64,000 bases of DNA. Source: Octopus vulgaris. Lineage: Eukaryota. The position numbers were made by a program, and so were the translations under genes. This document shows, in pieces, positions 13,546-25,808 of the stretch (positions are counted from its first letter, which is position 1; every line of letters starts with the position of its first letter). Below the pieces are notes generated by a model, which was not told the DNA's origin, made no database searches, and saw only the letters and a list, made by a program, of their open reading frames with translations. Where the stretch lies: NCBI GenBank assembly GCA_951406725.2, contig OX597818.1:89776001-89840000 (forward strand), in the 5' to 3' direction.

Positions 13546-13864
13546 ACAGGCATAGGAGTGGCTGTGTGGTAAGTAGCTTGCTTACGAACTACATGGTTCC
13601 GGGTTCAGTCCCACTGCGTGGCACTTTGGGCAAGTGTCTTCTACTATAGCCTCGGATTCTGTGGCGTATATGTCCTCATCCCACCCTTGGATGGGACATC
13701 GGTCTGTTGCAGGATTACTCAGTTTTGGTGAGTGGGTTGGACAGCGTGAAATGAAGATTTTTTGCTCAAGAACAAACACAATGCATCGCTCGGTCTAGGA
13801 ATCGAAACCACAGTCTGGAGAGTAACACCTTAACCACTAACCCATGGGCTCCCACTACACATCC

Positions 13865-13924
<60 letters not shown>

Positions 13925-13930
<6 letters not shown>

Positions 13931-14140
13931 CGGGAAGCTTTATGAAAATAAACAAAAGACGAAGGCAGGTGGAAAACAAACGAACAATTGTATTAGTATG
14001 GCGCTCAGGAAATATAAATAAAACAAGTCTTTAACGTTTCGAGCCTACGCTCTTCAACAGAAAGATACACAGAGAGAGAAAAACACAGAAAGAAGGAGAG
14101 AAAAAAATGCGTGCAGTAGCTAACGAATCAACATGGCGAT
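13925..14140 (-). mobile_element. Penelope-type terminal repeat with minimal hammerhead-like motif
   Basis: Near-identical reverse complement of 29575-29790; embedded in (TA)n on both sides. Confidence 0.7.
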
Positions 14141-14159
14141 ATATATATATATATATAAA

Positions 14160-14515
14160 ATAGAAAATTTCTATTTGTAAATCTCTCAACGAGAAACATT
14201 CAGTTAGAGTTCTCTAGAGTAGAGATTATTTCCCAACATAACGTGGCAGTCCTGTTTAGGACGAATGCTCCTGTTATTTAGCCCCAAGAAGCATCGTCTC
14301 CAGCTGGTTATACGACATACTACCTATGTCTTTATGTTTTCGAACAAGGGAGTTTAGCATCCCCAATCAGCAAAAAACAATATCTGTGTATCGCGATTTT
14401 TGAGTTATTTCCCTTCATCAGCACAGAATAACTGTTCGGCATGAGGTGGCGCTGCTAAATTCTTGTTTGAAGTATATAGTTTTCAGAGTGACACACAGTC
14501 ACTGACCTAATAATA
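14160..14515 (-). mobile_element. Second Penelope-type terminal repeat with hammerhead-like motif
   Basis: Minus strand tctgtg-CTGATGA-aggg-aaataa-ctc-aaaaa-tcgcga-ta-cacaga (14383-14427); (TA)n flanks. Confidence 0.6.
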
Positions 14516-14566
<51 letters not shown>

Positions 14567-14589
14567 ATGTGTGTGTGTGTGTGTGTGTG

Positions 14590-14835
14590 GAGACGCGTGG
14601 CTTAGTGGTTAGGGTGTCAGCATCATGATCGTAAGATTGTGCCTTCGATTCCTGGACCGGGCAACGTGTGGTGTTCTTGAGCAAAACACTTCATTTCACG
14701 TTGTTCCTGTCCACTCAGCTGGCAAAGATGAGTAACGCTGCGATGGACTGGCGTCCCGTCCAGCTGGGGAACACATACACCAGTGAAACAGGGAAACCGG
14801 GCCCATGAGCCTGGCTAGGCTTTAAAAGGGCGCAT
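14590..14835 (+). mobile_element. tRNA-derived SINE (family B-type 3' half)
   Basis: gcgtggcttagtggttagg head, gatggactggcgtcccgtccag block, and gcctggctaggctttaaaagggcgcat tail. Confidence 0.8.
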
Positions 14836-14869
14836 AAATAATCAAAATAAGCAACAAGGATATCCACAA

Positions 14870-14909
<40 letters not shown>

Positions 14910-14914
<5 letters not shown>

Positions 14915-15450
14915 CTTGATCATCTTGACCGACCAGTCCGCCGGGCTTCTATTTGACACCGCTGGTCACAACACGCTGTCCAATCCTCTCTGGATCACGC
15001 CTTTCTCATCCACGTGATCCCAATCGTCCTCCTGAAATCGTAACTCCACCGTCGTGGAGGCCTTCCGAGTGGTCGTTTCCGCTCACGCGGGTACCACTCG
15101 ACAACTGCACCGGTTTTACCGATTATCGGTGAGCCGGGTGACGTGTCCAGCCCATCTAAACTTGCTGCGTGTATATTCTGCGATGACATCCCTCACGCCG
15201 GACTTCTCTCCTCTCTGATGACCTCGCTACTGATGTGCTCTTTCAACGAGATTCCAAGCATTGACCTCTCCATGGCTCTTTGAGCCGTTACCAATCTCTG
15301 TTCTTCTCTCTTTGTTGTAGCCCATGTTTCACTACCATATAACATTGCAGGTAGAACTGTGCTGTTGATGAGGTTGGTACAGGTGGTCCTGTTCAACCTT
15401 CCCTTGAGCACATCCCTTATGCCATTAAACGCCTTCCATCCGGCGTCGCT
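14910..15450 (-). mobile_element. RTE-clade LINE 3' fragment
   Basis: VLPAMLYGSETWAT...AQRAMERSMLGI...RWAGHV...KRPLGRPPRRW. Confidence 0.88.
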
Positions 15451-15454
15451 CTCT

Positions 15455-15700
15455 TTCTCCAATGTAAAGAGCACTGCGGAGTTTGCCATATATGAGATTC
15501 GCCGAAGTGCAACAGAAGTGGTGTGCTATGTGATATTGCTTCTTGGGCCTCGTGATGGTGGTAATATTGTTGATGTAGGGGCATGTGTTACATCGTCGGA
15601 GAGAACACTTAAAGGTTCCTGGTTGTGCGGAGCTGGGAGCTGTGAAGCTTCTAACAAGGAGATTTCTAAGATACCTATCTTTTTTTAAAAGACTGGAGAG
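15455..15700 (-). mobile_element. Penelope GIY-YIG endonuclease-region fragment
   Basis: PGTFKCSLRRCNTCPYIN...FCCTSANLIY...ALYIGE, the Cys-rich linker plus GIY-YIG start typical of Penelope-like elements. Confidence 0.8.
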
Positions 15701-16126
15701 GCATAAAAAAGAGGTAGTTATAGACACACTGACTTATGTTTGGTGTGTGTATGAATGTTTACAGGAACATATTATATATAAATGGTAGCATAGCTGAATG
15801 GTTAAAATGTTTATTTCACAATGACGAGGCCTCGTGTTCGATCCTGCTGTGAAGTAATTGGATCATGTCTCTTCTACCACTTCTTCGAGTTGACACAAGA
15901 CCTGGATTAAATTTGTATAGAAGGACACACCGTGGCAAATAATGCAACATACCCAAATTGCAATGCTGCATATCATATAACTACCAATCAATCACTGCAC
16001 GCTGCAGGGGTGCATCCACAGTGTAAACTTAGAAGGTTGGAAAATGGTTTATTAGGATGACAAGAATTTTGGATTCTACGTATCATAGGTCTGTTGGAAA
16101 TCGGCTGACGTGGACTTAAAGAGTAA

Positions 16127-16145
16127 CAACAACAACAACAACAGC

Positions 16146-16176
<31 letters not shown>

Positions 16177-16235
16177 GCAGCAGCAGCAGCGGCTACAGCA
16201 ACAACAGCGACGAAAGCAACGACAAAAGACAATGA
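16127..16235. repeat. (AAC)n/(AGC)n trinucleotide repeat
   Basis: Directly visible. Confidence 0.9.
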
Positions 16236-17425
16236 TAGGGACAGCTGCAAATTGTCTTCAACAACTAACTCAGCCTATTTGACATTTATTTACAATAAAT
16301 ACATTGTATCTATCTTCTGTCGTTAATCGATCCACTTTCGCTATTTTCAACTCAACTCCTCACGTGTCTGAGAAAGTTCATGTGCTTGAAATATCGATTT
16401 CATTTCAATATACAGATTGTGTTTATATTTTCTTTATTTTCTTCTTTTAGACAGTCGACAACACCTCTAATTTGTAACACGTTGATTTTCTACTTTTTTT
16501 TCTTTTCCTGTCGTTGGATACGACGGGGTTGAGATAGCAGGATAAGTTACTTCTTTATAAATTCGAAATACTGACTTTTTGTCCATTGATTATTGTGGTT
16601 TTAGGTAATTAATATTTTCTCTTTGTATTCATTTCTATTTCTTTTTTGTGTGTCGTGTTTTGTGTTTCGGGTGTATGTGGGTGTTGTATTTTACTTCTGC
16701 ATGTGTTTTCAATATTAATTTTTTAAAAGTATTTGTTACACTAGATTCGTTGAGGTCTTAGCACCTCTCATTCGTTATTACTTCAGATTCTGGTGGCTTT
16801 AAGAAAGAATAAAACCTCTTCATTTATCGTCTATCAGGACAAACTTGAGTTAAAAAGAAACTATTGTAATATAAGAAGCGCCCTTATCCTTCGAACACGC
16901 GAATACGCTTTAGCGGGTGCGAATTCGTTTGGCGATATACTTGAAAGGTGAAAGCGCATGGCCTGGTGGTTAGGGCGTTGCACTTACGATCGCGAGGTCA
17001 TGGTTTTAATTCATGGGCTGAGAGGTGCGTTGTGTTCTTGGGCAAACCACTTCATCCCACGTTGTTATGCTATCCTTTCGACACCGTGCACCTGTTCAGG
17101 CAACGCTGATTTGATGGAGGGAGTGAGATAATGTACAGTACATCCATTTGATCGCTATAAGCAAATCATTTGTACACGTTGTTCGGCAAGAAATAACAGA
17201 CCCGTCTTTCTCAGACTACGGGAGGCAACTATCATACTTGTAAGACGCAAATACGGGCGGCAGTATAGTTTTGTGTTAAAGATGCTTCCGCTTGTTACCG
17301 AGTCGTGAGCATAAAATTCATGTGACCATCCGCTTTTGCATCATCCGGGGGTGTAAAAAAAGTAAAATAAAAAGGATATAAGGTCCTTCCCAAGCCAGAG
17401 ACTCACAAGGCCGGTTTCCCGGATT

Positions 17426-17840
17426 TATATTTCTTTACTGCCCACAAGGGGCTACACAGAGGGGACAAACAAGGACAGACAAACGGATTAAATCAATTAC
17501 ATCAACCCCAGTGCGTAACTGGTACTTATTTAATCGACCCCGAAAGGATAAAAGGCAAACTCAACCTCGGCGGAATTTGAACTCAGAACGTAGCGGCAGA
17601 CGAAATATCTATTTCTTTACTACCCACAAGGGGCTACACACAGAGGGGACAAACAAGGACAGACAAACGGATTAAGACGATTATATCGACCCCAGTGCTT
17701 AACTGGTACTTATTTAATCGACCCCGAAAGGATAAAAAGCAAAGTTGACCTCGGCGGAATTTGAACTCAGAACGTAACGGCAGACGAAATACCGCTAAGC
17801 ATTTCGCTCGGCGTGCTAACGTTTCTGCCAGCTCGCCGCC
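17426..17840 (-). mobile_element. SINE family C dimer with a single TSD
   Basis: Head ggcggcgagctggcagaaacgttagc plus two ~180-bp units. TSD ggtttcccggatt at 17413-17425 and 17841-17853. Confidence 0.9.
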
Positions 17841-18549
17841 GGTTTCCCGGATTCTGTGGGATATATATCTACCACTACCCAACTGGAGGGGCCGCCGGTC
17901 CTTCGCAGGATTACTAATTTCTTTTGTCAGCTGAGTGGACTGGAGCAACGTGAAATGAAGTGGTTTGCTCGAGGACGAAATACAACGTTTGGTCCAGGAA
18001 TCAAAACTACAATCTTATGATCATGAATGCAACATTCTAAGCCACATGTCTCCACCGTCCAGGGATACAGTAAAATGAAATCGTGCCTCCTAAAATATAC
18101 TGGCGTTTTCCAAGGGCTCATCAACTTTTTTGTGACGTAAGGTTCTAAGGCCCAATTTTCAGCGACGCAGTTGTACTGATTATCTATTTTCACTGCATAC
18201 AAAAGTTGCTAATCTAGAATAGTATAAGTGGTAAAGGCCATGCTTTTAAGACGTCTATTGTGGCCCAAGTGTACGAGAAAATTCGAACTGCATTTAGTGA
18301 TTGAACAAAGAATTCATCAATTTTGTGCATTTCTCTGCAGCTTCTTGCTCATAATCATTCCGCTCTGTGATATCTTCCTACAGACTGGACCGTTGACAGA
18401 CGGTTATCTTGGTCACTGTGACATCACAATAACCTTCACAAGATACGAACCGCCGAACTGTCGTCTAGATTTCCGGGGCCGAGAGCATAGACAATTTCAA
18501 ACACCGAGCCACTCACACTGGTTGTCGCTTGACAAAATAATTATAAATT

Positions 18550-19060
18550 TAGAGGTAGAATTGACTGTTATTTCCAGTAAATTGAGTTACCATGAAGGGA
18601 CCCTTTTGTTCTCTCATTGGTTGTAAGGCCCCAATGAGCGGACAAGAGAGTCTCTTCGTGTTGCTGTGGCTGCTATTACTGTTGTTTATGTTGTTCAGGG
18701 ACAACTCTTAAAGCTTTCCAGCCGTGACTAACCCGTATTTTTCTCGGGTACATTACACTCAAGGCCACAAAATCCAATGTGTCCTTTGTCTCTAAGACGG
18801 TAGGGTGTGTTTTGAAGGAGATTTGGCTGCTATTTCTAGAAAATAGAACTAACGCGAGTGGTTGTTATCGCTCTTTAGCCTTGGGTGAACCGTAGTCGAG
18901 CACACCTATGGTTAAAGGCATTCTATCCAAGGCCATCGGTCCTTTTAGAGTACATATCTACGGTATCATTTCTTTAAGACGGTAGGGGTGATTTGAAAGA
19001 GGTGTAACTGCTACTTTTAGCCGATCGAGCCAAATGTAGAGTTATCCTCATTGATCCGGA
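18550..19060 (+). repeat. Old dispersed repeat, tandem decayed copies (gagatttggctgctatttctag motif)
   Basis: The motif recurs near 1-60, 18800, 18980, 21290, 21980 and 22420; class unknown. Confidence 0.5.
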
Positions 19061-19542
19061 TCTTTTTTGTCGAATTACTGTTGCTACTACTGGTTTTAAT
19101 TTTGTGATGAGTTAGTGGTAAGGGTGATACTGTTGTGATGATACGGGAGTAGGTTTGTTGCTTAGAGTGCTTATAGCACCACCTTGATACTGGGTGTCTG
19201 CCGGATGAGGTAATGACTCAACAACCTCACCTTCGATTTGCTTTTTGAAGGAACGCAAGAGGAAGTATGGGGTCGGATCGGGAGTTACTATTCACTGTTT
19301 TAAATGACAGCTTAGGATGAGTCACAGCACATTAGCTGATACGACCTGAGGCCTTCATGTCATGTCACTTCATTTACATTCGCCTTACAGACAGCTACAA
19401 GCAATTAACCTCAATATAACACTAATTTATATTTTTTTGTCTTCAGGTATGTGTCTTGTTGGAAGACATAAATCTGTTACGGTAAGAAATATTAGTGTAT
19501 AGGCTGAAAAATACCGACGTGACGTTTGTGACAATAAACGTT

Positions 19543-19832
19543 TTTTCAAGCCTAGCCAGGCTCATGGGCCCAGTTTCCTGGTTTCTGTGGAGGATGTGTT
19601 CCCTCCAGCTGGACGAGACACCAGTCCATCGCAGCGTTACTCAAGAAACAAGAAGAGAGAGAAAGTTGTGGCGAAAGAGTACAACAGGGGTCACCACCAT
19701 CCCCTGACGGAGCCTCGTGGAGCTTTTAGGTGTTTTCGCTCAATAAACATACACAACACCTGGTCTGGGAATCGAAACCACTATCCTCCGACCGCGAGTC
19801 CGCTGCCCTAACCACTAGGCCATTGCGCCTCT
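19543..19832 (-). mobile_element. SINE family B
   Basis: Full head and tail, flanked by the duplicated sequence gac(g/a)tttgtgacaata. Confidence 0.88.
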
Positions 19833-19864
19833 ACGACATTTGTGACAATACAGACATTTAATAT

Positions 19865-20070
19865 TGGTTACAAATTTAAGCACAAGCCCAGCAATTTCGG
19901 GGAGGGAGTAAGTCGATTACATCGACCCAGTGCTCAACTGGTACTTATTTTATCAACTCCAAAAAGATGAAAGGCAAAGTCGACCTCAGCGGAATTTGAA
20001 CTCAGACCGTAAAAAGGACGCTATGCTTCCTGCTCGAAGTGCTAACAATTCTACCAGCTCGCCGCCTTAC
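19865..20070 (-). mobile_element. SINE family C monomer
   Basis: ggcggcgagctggtagaattg head and gtcgactttgcctttcatc core; flanked by the repeat acaga(c/a)atttaatatt. Confidence 0.8.
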
Positions 20071-21322
20071 AGAAATTTAATATTAAGATTTTATTTCACA
20101 GCATTGTAATTTTATACTAAAACACAATATTTCTACTGTATTGGGATTATGTTGCTCGTTTTTACATTGTACAGTATCATATTGAAACCAGTGGCAAGAT
20201 TATATATCAAGTTGTTACTTTTACATTGATATGATTTATATTAAAATGCAATTACGGCGTGGGTGGCGTAGTGTCAAAGTCGTCTCAGCGCCGGGTAGAA
20301 TATCTCGTGATATTTGTTTTGATTCAATACACTCCGATTTCGAATCCACTGAGGTCAGTTTTTGCCTTTCAAACAGTCAGGCCGATGAAAAGGTAACAAT
20401 CCTATGCGGTGGATCGGTGAAGTATTCGAATATCAGATCGGATGCCTTGTGATATTTGTTCCGTGTTCAAATTCCCCTAGGGTCCTGGGTGGTAAACTAA
20501 ATACGTCGCAGGTTTGGCACCATCACCTGGTACATTTGGCTCCCTTAGTGGGTTCCTCTCTGTTACAAGCATTCGGGTCAGGCCCCGGGTTTAAGGATAC
20601 ATTCCTACCTATTTTCTGTAGTCTCGAACACTCTGTAGTAAGTTATGGACACTGCCTTTTCGAATAAAAGGTAAAAGCGATTCAGAATATTTTCCTTTAT
20701 CAACACGAACAACCCAAGACATTCACAGTAGTTCTACGAATGTCTACGAGGTTGAGACACTGAAACAACCATGTGTACCCTCACGAGCCTCAGCTATTAC
20801 TTTGGTAATGGAGGTCATGAAAGAAGCCAGATTCCTGGTCAGTAGCCCAGCTCCTGAATTTGTAATATCTCAAATTCTATAACTGGAAAATATAATTTAC
20901 CTGCAATGTGTGAATATAATTCTCAATCAAGTTCATATTTTAATATTATTGTGATTTTAGACCAGACATGGTGATTTTGCGGCTCTCTGAAGAACTAATT
21001 GCATCGTTTTGATGTACTCAGTGCAGCCGTCTGAAGTACTAAGTGTGGCTTCCTAAAGAAGGTACAAGGTTTGAGGAGATATTACAATGGAGTATATTTT
21101 GTTAATTTAATTTTATCTAAAGGCTGCCTTTTCAACCAGTTGCGAATTTTAGATAGAATCACTGTATTCCTTTATCAACACTTGTAATTACTCTCGGAAA
21201 ACGTAAATGTTAACTGTGGCCTAACGCACGATTTGATCTGATATCGTGTGCACATCGCCCCTTTAGAGACACCCACAGGCAATAAGTTGTGATTTGAGGT
21301 ACGTTTGACTGCTGTTTTTAGT

Positions 21323-21728
21323 TGGTGGCTGTGTGGTAAGTAGCTTGCTTACCAACCACATGGTTCCGGGTTCAGTCCCACTGCGTGGCATCTTGAGCAA
21401 GTGTCTTCTGCTATAGCCTCGGGGCGACCAATGCCTTGTGAATGGATTTGGTAGACGGAAACTGAAAGAAGCCCGTCGTGTATATGTATATATATATGTG
21501 TGTGCGTGTATGTTTGTGTGTCTGTGTTTGTCCCCCTAGCATTGCTTGACAACCGATGCTGGTGTGTTTATGTCCCCGTCACTTCGCGGTTCGGCAAAAG
21601 TGACCGATAGAATAAGTACTGGGCTTACAAAGAATAAGTCCCGGGGTCGATTTGATAGACTAAAGGTGGTGCTCCAGCATGGCCGCAGTCAAATGACTGA
21701 AACAAGTAAAAGAGTAAAAGAGTAAAGT
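21323..21728 (+). mobile_element. SINE family A
   Basis: Matches the family A head, body and (gtaaaaga)n tail. Confidence 0.88.
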
Positions 21729-22641
21729 AACTGCATAAGCACCCTCATTTTTGTGTATATTTCTTTTGTGTATATTCTTTCACCCAAGGTTAGTCCTTCT
21801 CGAGCAGACCTATGACCAAAGGCGTTCCAGCCCCGACCATGTCGTCTGCTTTCAACTGGATACAGAAGTTTTTTTTATACAGGTTCTCATGAAGACAGGA
21901 CACATTTTATTTGTAATTTACAGAAAAAAACATGAGATATTGTGTACAATTCGTTCTTTAAAAGCGATTGTAAGGTATGATTTGAGGAAGATCTAGCTGC
22001 CAATTCTAGCCGATCATCCCACCATGTAGAATCTCTTTCGTTAGCCGGTGCATTCCATCGTATATTAGAGCGGCATATTGGATTCCATCATTGCAGTCCA
22101 GCTATTTTTCAAGAATAAATGCCAAGTTATCTGAAAATGTTACGCGAGAGACACTTAACAGGTCAACAGCATGTAAATTATGCTATCAAAATGGAGAGCC
22201 TCACATTAAAAATCTCTTCGTATTTCAAGGAGATATTTGCTGTTGCGATTATTACTGCTGTTGCGATTATTACTGCTGTTGTATATTAAGTACTGATTAA
22301 GCTGACTTGTGATTAAAGGCCTTCAAAAACGGAATAATCTCGCCAAAAACGGAATAATCTCGCCATGTTACTTTAACAATAACATTATCCGACATGTCGT
22401 TAATTTTTAAAGGTAGCAAGGTGTTATTTGCGGGAGATTTAGTAGCTGTTTCTTTCTAAAAGATATAGGGCGAGATAAAGATGATATACGCTGTAAGCAG
22501 CGGGTGCATTGCATAATTAACGAGTGTTTTATTATCTTAAGTTACGGAGTTCAAGTCCTCACATCAAAGTCGCTTCAAGAGAGAGAGAGAGAGAGAGAGG
22601 GGGGAGAGAGAGAATGAGAGGGAGAGAGAAAGAGGGAGAGA

Positions 22642-22687
<46 letters not shown>

Positions 22688-22805
22688 CATTTCAATTCTA
22701 AAATATCTAGGTTATCTTTGTCAACTTGAACATTTACAGTTATCTCTCTCTCACACACACACGTGCGCACGCGCATATACATCAATATATATATATATGT
22801 ATATG

Positions 22806-22943
<138 letters not shown>

Positions 22944-23356
22944 TAAACGTATATACAACTGGTGCGTCAAAACTTTGTTTTGTTCCAAGGTTACAGAGAG
23001 AGAGAGAAAGTGAGAGAGAAAATAGATATTAGACAACACTATATATAAGAAACAAATGTCAATATGTTCTCTGTCTATAAAATATCTTTCAATCGTGCTA
23101 GGATTAAACAAGCAAACGAATATCTTTAATTGTGAAAGGAGACCGATTTGAATTTATAACGCATTGATGGCATGCAGTCAATTAACAAATTTCATGTGCT
23201 TTTACAGCCTTTTGTTCAAGGTGATATGGTGTGTGGGCTTTAGTTAAGACTTTATGTGATAGACAGATGTAAATATCTTCTAAATCAAACTAATCACCAA
23301 GTCACATTAGACATGAAAACCAGTCTATCATATATGTGTATATATATATATATATA

Positions 23357-23752
23357 TACTCTTTTACTCTTTTACTTGTTTCAGTCATTTGACTGCGGCC
23401 ATGCTGGAGCACCGCCTTTAGTCGAGCACATCGACCCCGAGACTTATTCTTTGTAAGCCCAGTACTTATTCTATCGGTCTCTTTTTTGCCGAACCGCTAA
23501 GTGGCGGGGACGTAAACACACCAGCATCGGTTGTTAAGCAATGCTAGGGGGACAAACACAGACACACAAATACATATATATATACATATATACGACAGGC
23601 TTCTTTCAGTTTCCGTCTACCAAATCCACTCACAAGGCATTGGTCGACCCTGGGCTATAGCAGAAGACACTTGCCCAAGATGCCACGCAGTGGGACTGAA
23701 CCCGGAACCATGTGGTTGGTTAGCAAGCTACTTACCACACAGCCACTCCTGT
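23357..23752 (-). mobile_element. SINE family A
   Basis: Complete copy. Confidence 0.88.
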
Positions 23753-24137
23753 GATATATATATACGTACGAGGGGTACCCAAAAGAAACCGGAATTTTGC
23801 AGTATTATTTTATCCACTTAATTTTACATGTTTATACTTTTATCACCTCCAAAGTATTCTCCATTTGAAGCAACGTACTGGTCCAGACGCGTTTTCAACT
23901 AGCACCAGCTTCCGTCACCGGCTGTATGAGTGTACAATGTTACATTTGTTTTTTTCTCTACGAAAAGTACTTTTTTTCTACAAAAAAGTAGGGTGTCATA
24001 TGCAAGAGAGCGCCTTATACACCTGCAAATACGGTTCATAGTGTTATATTTCGTCTTAGCATTTGGTGAGCAAGATCCTTGATGTGAACTCATGTGCTGA
24101 AACAGATGTTGTACCTTGGAGAGTCATTATGCCAATA

Positions 24138-25808
24138 CATTGGGCAACAAGAAAAAGATTCATAGTCTGCTACCCAGGCAAATGATGTTGTACTAAACTA
24201 AATCGAATACGCTGATTCCGAATCTGAATTGCTGTAGCATGTCAGGATCTTTAGTTATGTGCATAATTATATATTGATACTATATTAGAATCAGGAATAG
24301 TTAAGTTCAAGGTAAATAATTATTATAATAGTATATTTGTACAGTATACAGTATATTTATGTTCAAGGCAAATAGTATTGTAATTTAATGGTATTATATT
24401 TATGGTTAGGGAATACTCACTTTATTTTTTATATACGCAGCTCAGAAATGTTTGAGACATTTGCTCTGGCGCTGATGCGTCGTGCTGGCACGACGAGGAA
24501 GGAAATCACCTTTAAATCACCACAAATATTCCACTTATGAACCGAGTATTTAACTCCTTTCAGAATGAGTTCCATCGATTCATAAGTTTCTTCCATACCG
24601 ACAACATGACCCACAGGAATGAAAGGCTTTACATTACCATTATATAACAACACAGCTTTGAGGTTAACCTTACTCGAGTCTATAAAAATTCTCCATTCGT
24701 TAGCACGTGTCATAGTTTATGTATGAGTGCATTAGCCTTCAGTACATAAACAAGCGTTATTTTCTTGCTTGAAAAGGATAGTTAAACGTTTATGGTGAGA
24801 ACCGAAAATGGAAATTTTCCTACCTTGCTGTAGGAGATTCCGTTGTTGTAGTTTGGATCCCAAAACTTCTGCCATCTCCTTTGACAATACTAGGTCTCTT
24901 GCTAAGTCGTTCAAATCTTGATTAACCTAGCCTGGCTCATTTTTCTTAGAATCAACTTCGTACTTTTCGTCGATAGAAGAGTCAGGGGGTGCATTGAGTG
25001 ACGTGTCAAGATTTTCAAGTGAAGCATGTGAGAGGGGAACTGGGACAGGGTTCTCGAAGTCATGTGGGACCAGTTTTAGAGCCAACTTACAATCTACATA
25101 TACAATTTTTGCTTTGGTCTTCTTATTAATCATGCAAAAATAACAATCATTGACATGATTGGTTGGCTCACGCCACACCATTGGTACAGCAAAAAGCATT
25201 CCCTTCCGTTTCCATTCAGCCACTGTGTAAGTCCCGAGTAGCACACAGTGCAGCATATATGAGGTGTCCACCTCTTGTCTTGGTTCCCAACATTACACCC
25301 GAAATAATATTTAGAGGCAGTTTTTAATTTGGTTGGCAATGTTCTTCCGCTGTAACGCGTATCAAATTTTCCACAGAGATAACAAAAGTTGTCTGGATGA
25401 TTCCCACAGCTGCTCCTATTCATGATCTAACACAATGAACACAATTAAAACAGTAATCACGCAGAGCGAGAGATACCACACGTGACAGCAGCGCCAACGA
25501 CACAGAGTTACCCAGAACAAATTGACGTATTTGGCATTTGCGCACAATACACCAGCGTATTGCTAAACTAAATAAAGAAATTTCTTATCGTTTGTTTTAT
25601 TGCTGTTATTTCTTTAATTTTGAAGACCGCTTTCATTTTAGCAAATTTTATTATACGGCCGAAAATATAGTTATAATCTTGCGCATGCTCATAACTCAAA
25701 ATCCTGACACGCTAGAACAATTCTGAGTATGGATTCGGAATCAGTATCCTTGATTTAGTCTAAAACACATGCTTTTACCCCCAGTAGCAAAATCCTTGTT
25801 GTCCAGTG
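24138..25808 (-). mobile_element. Chapaev3-like (CMC) DNA transposon, internally deleted
   Basis: Imperfect TIRs cattgggcaacaag / cttgttgtccagtg with subterminal ctgattccgaatc inverted copies. Transposase pieces CGNHPDNFCYLCG, GNQDKRWTPHICC, VPMVWREPTNHVNDCYFC, LNDLARDL and WRIFIDSSKVNLKAVLLYNGN...WNICGDLK. Confidence 0.82.
24480..25423 (-). pseudogene. Chapaev3-like transposase N-terminal two-thirds, frameshifted
   Basis: ORF-track pieces 25130-25423, 24927-25271, 24732-24914 and 24429-24713 join into one protein. Confidence 0.82.

Noticed and set aside
18228-18626. 132-aa ORF in partly unique DNA
   Set aside because: No recognisable domain, non-ATG start, and the 3' part runs into an old dispersed repeat.
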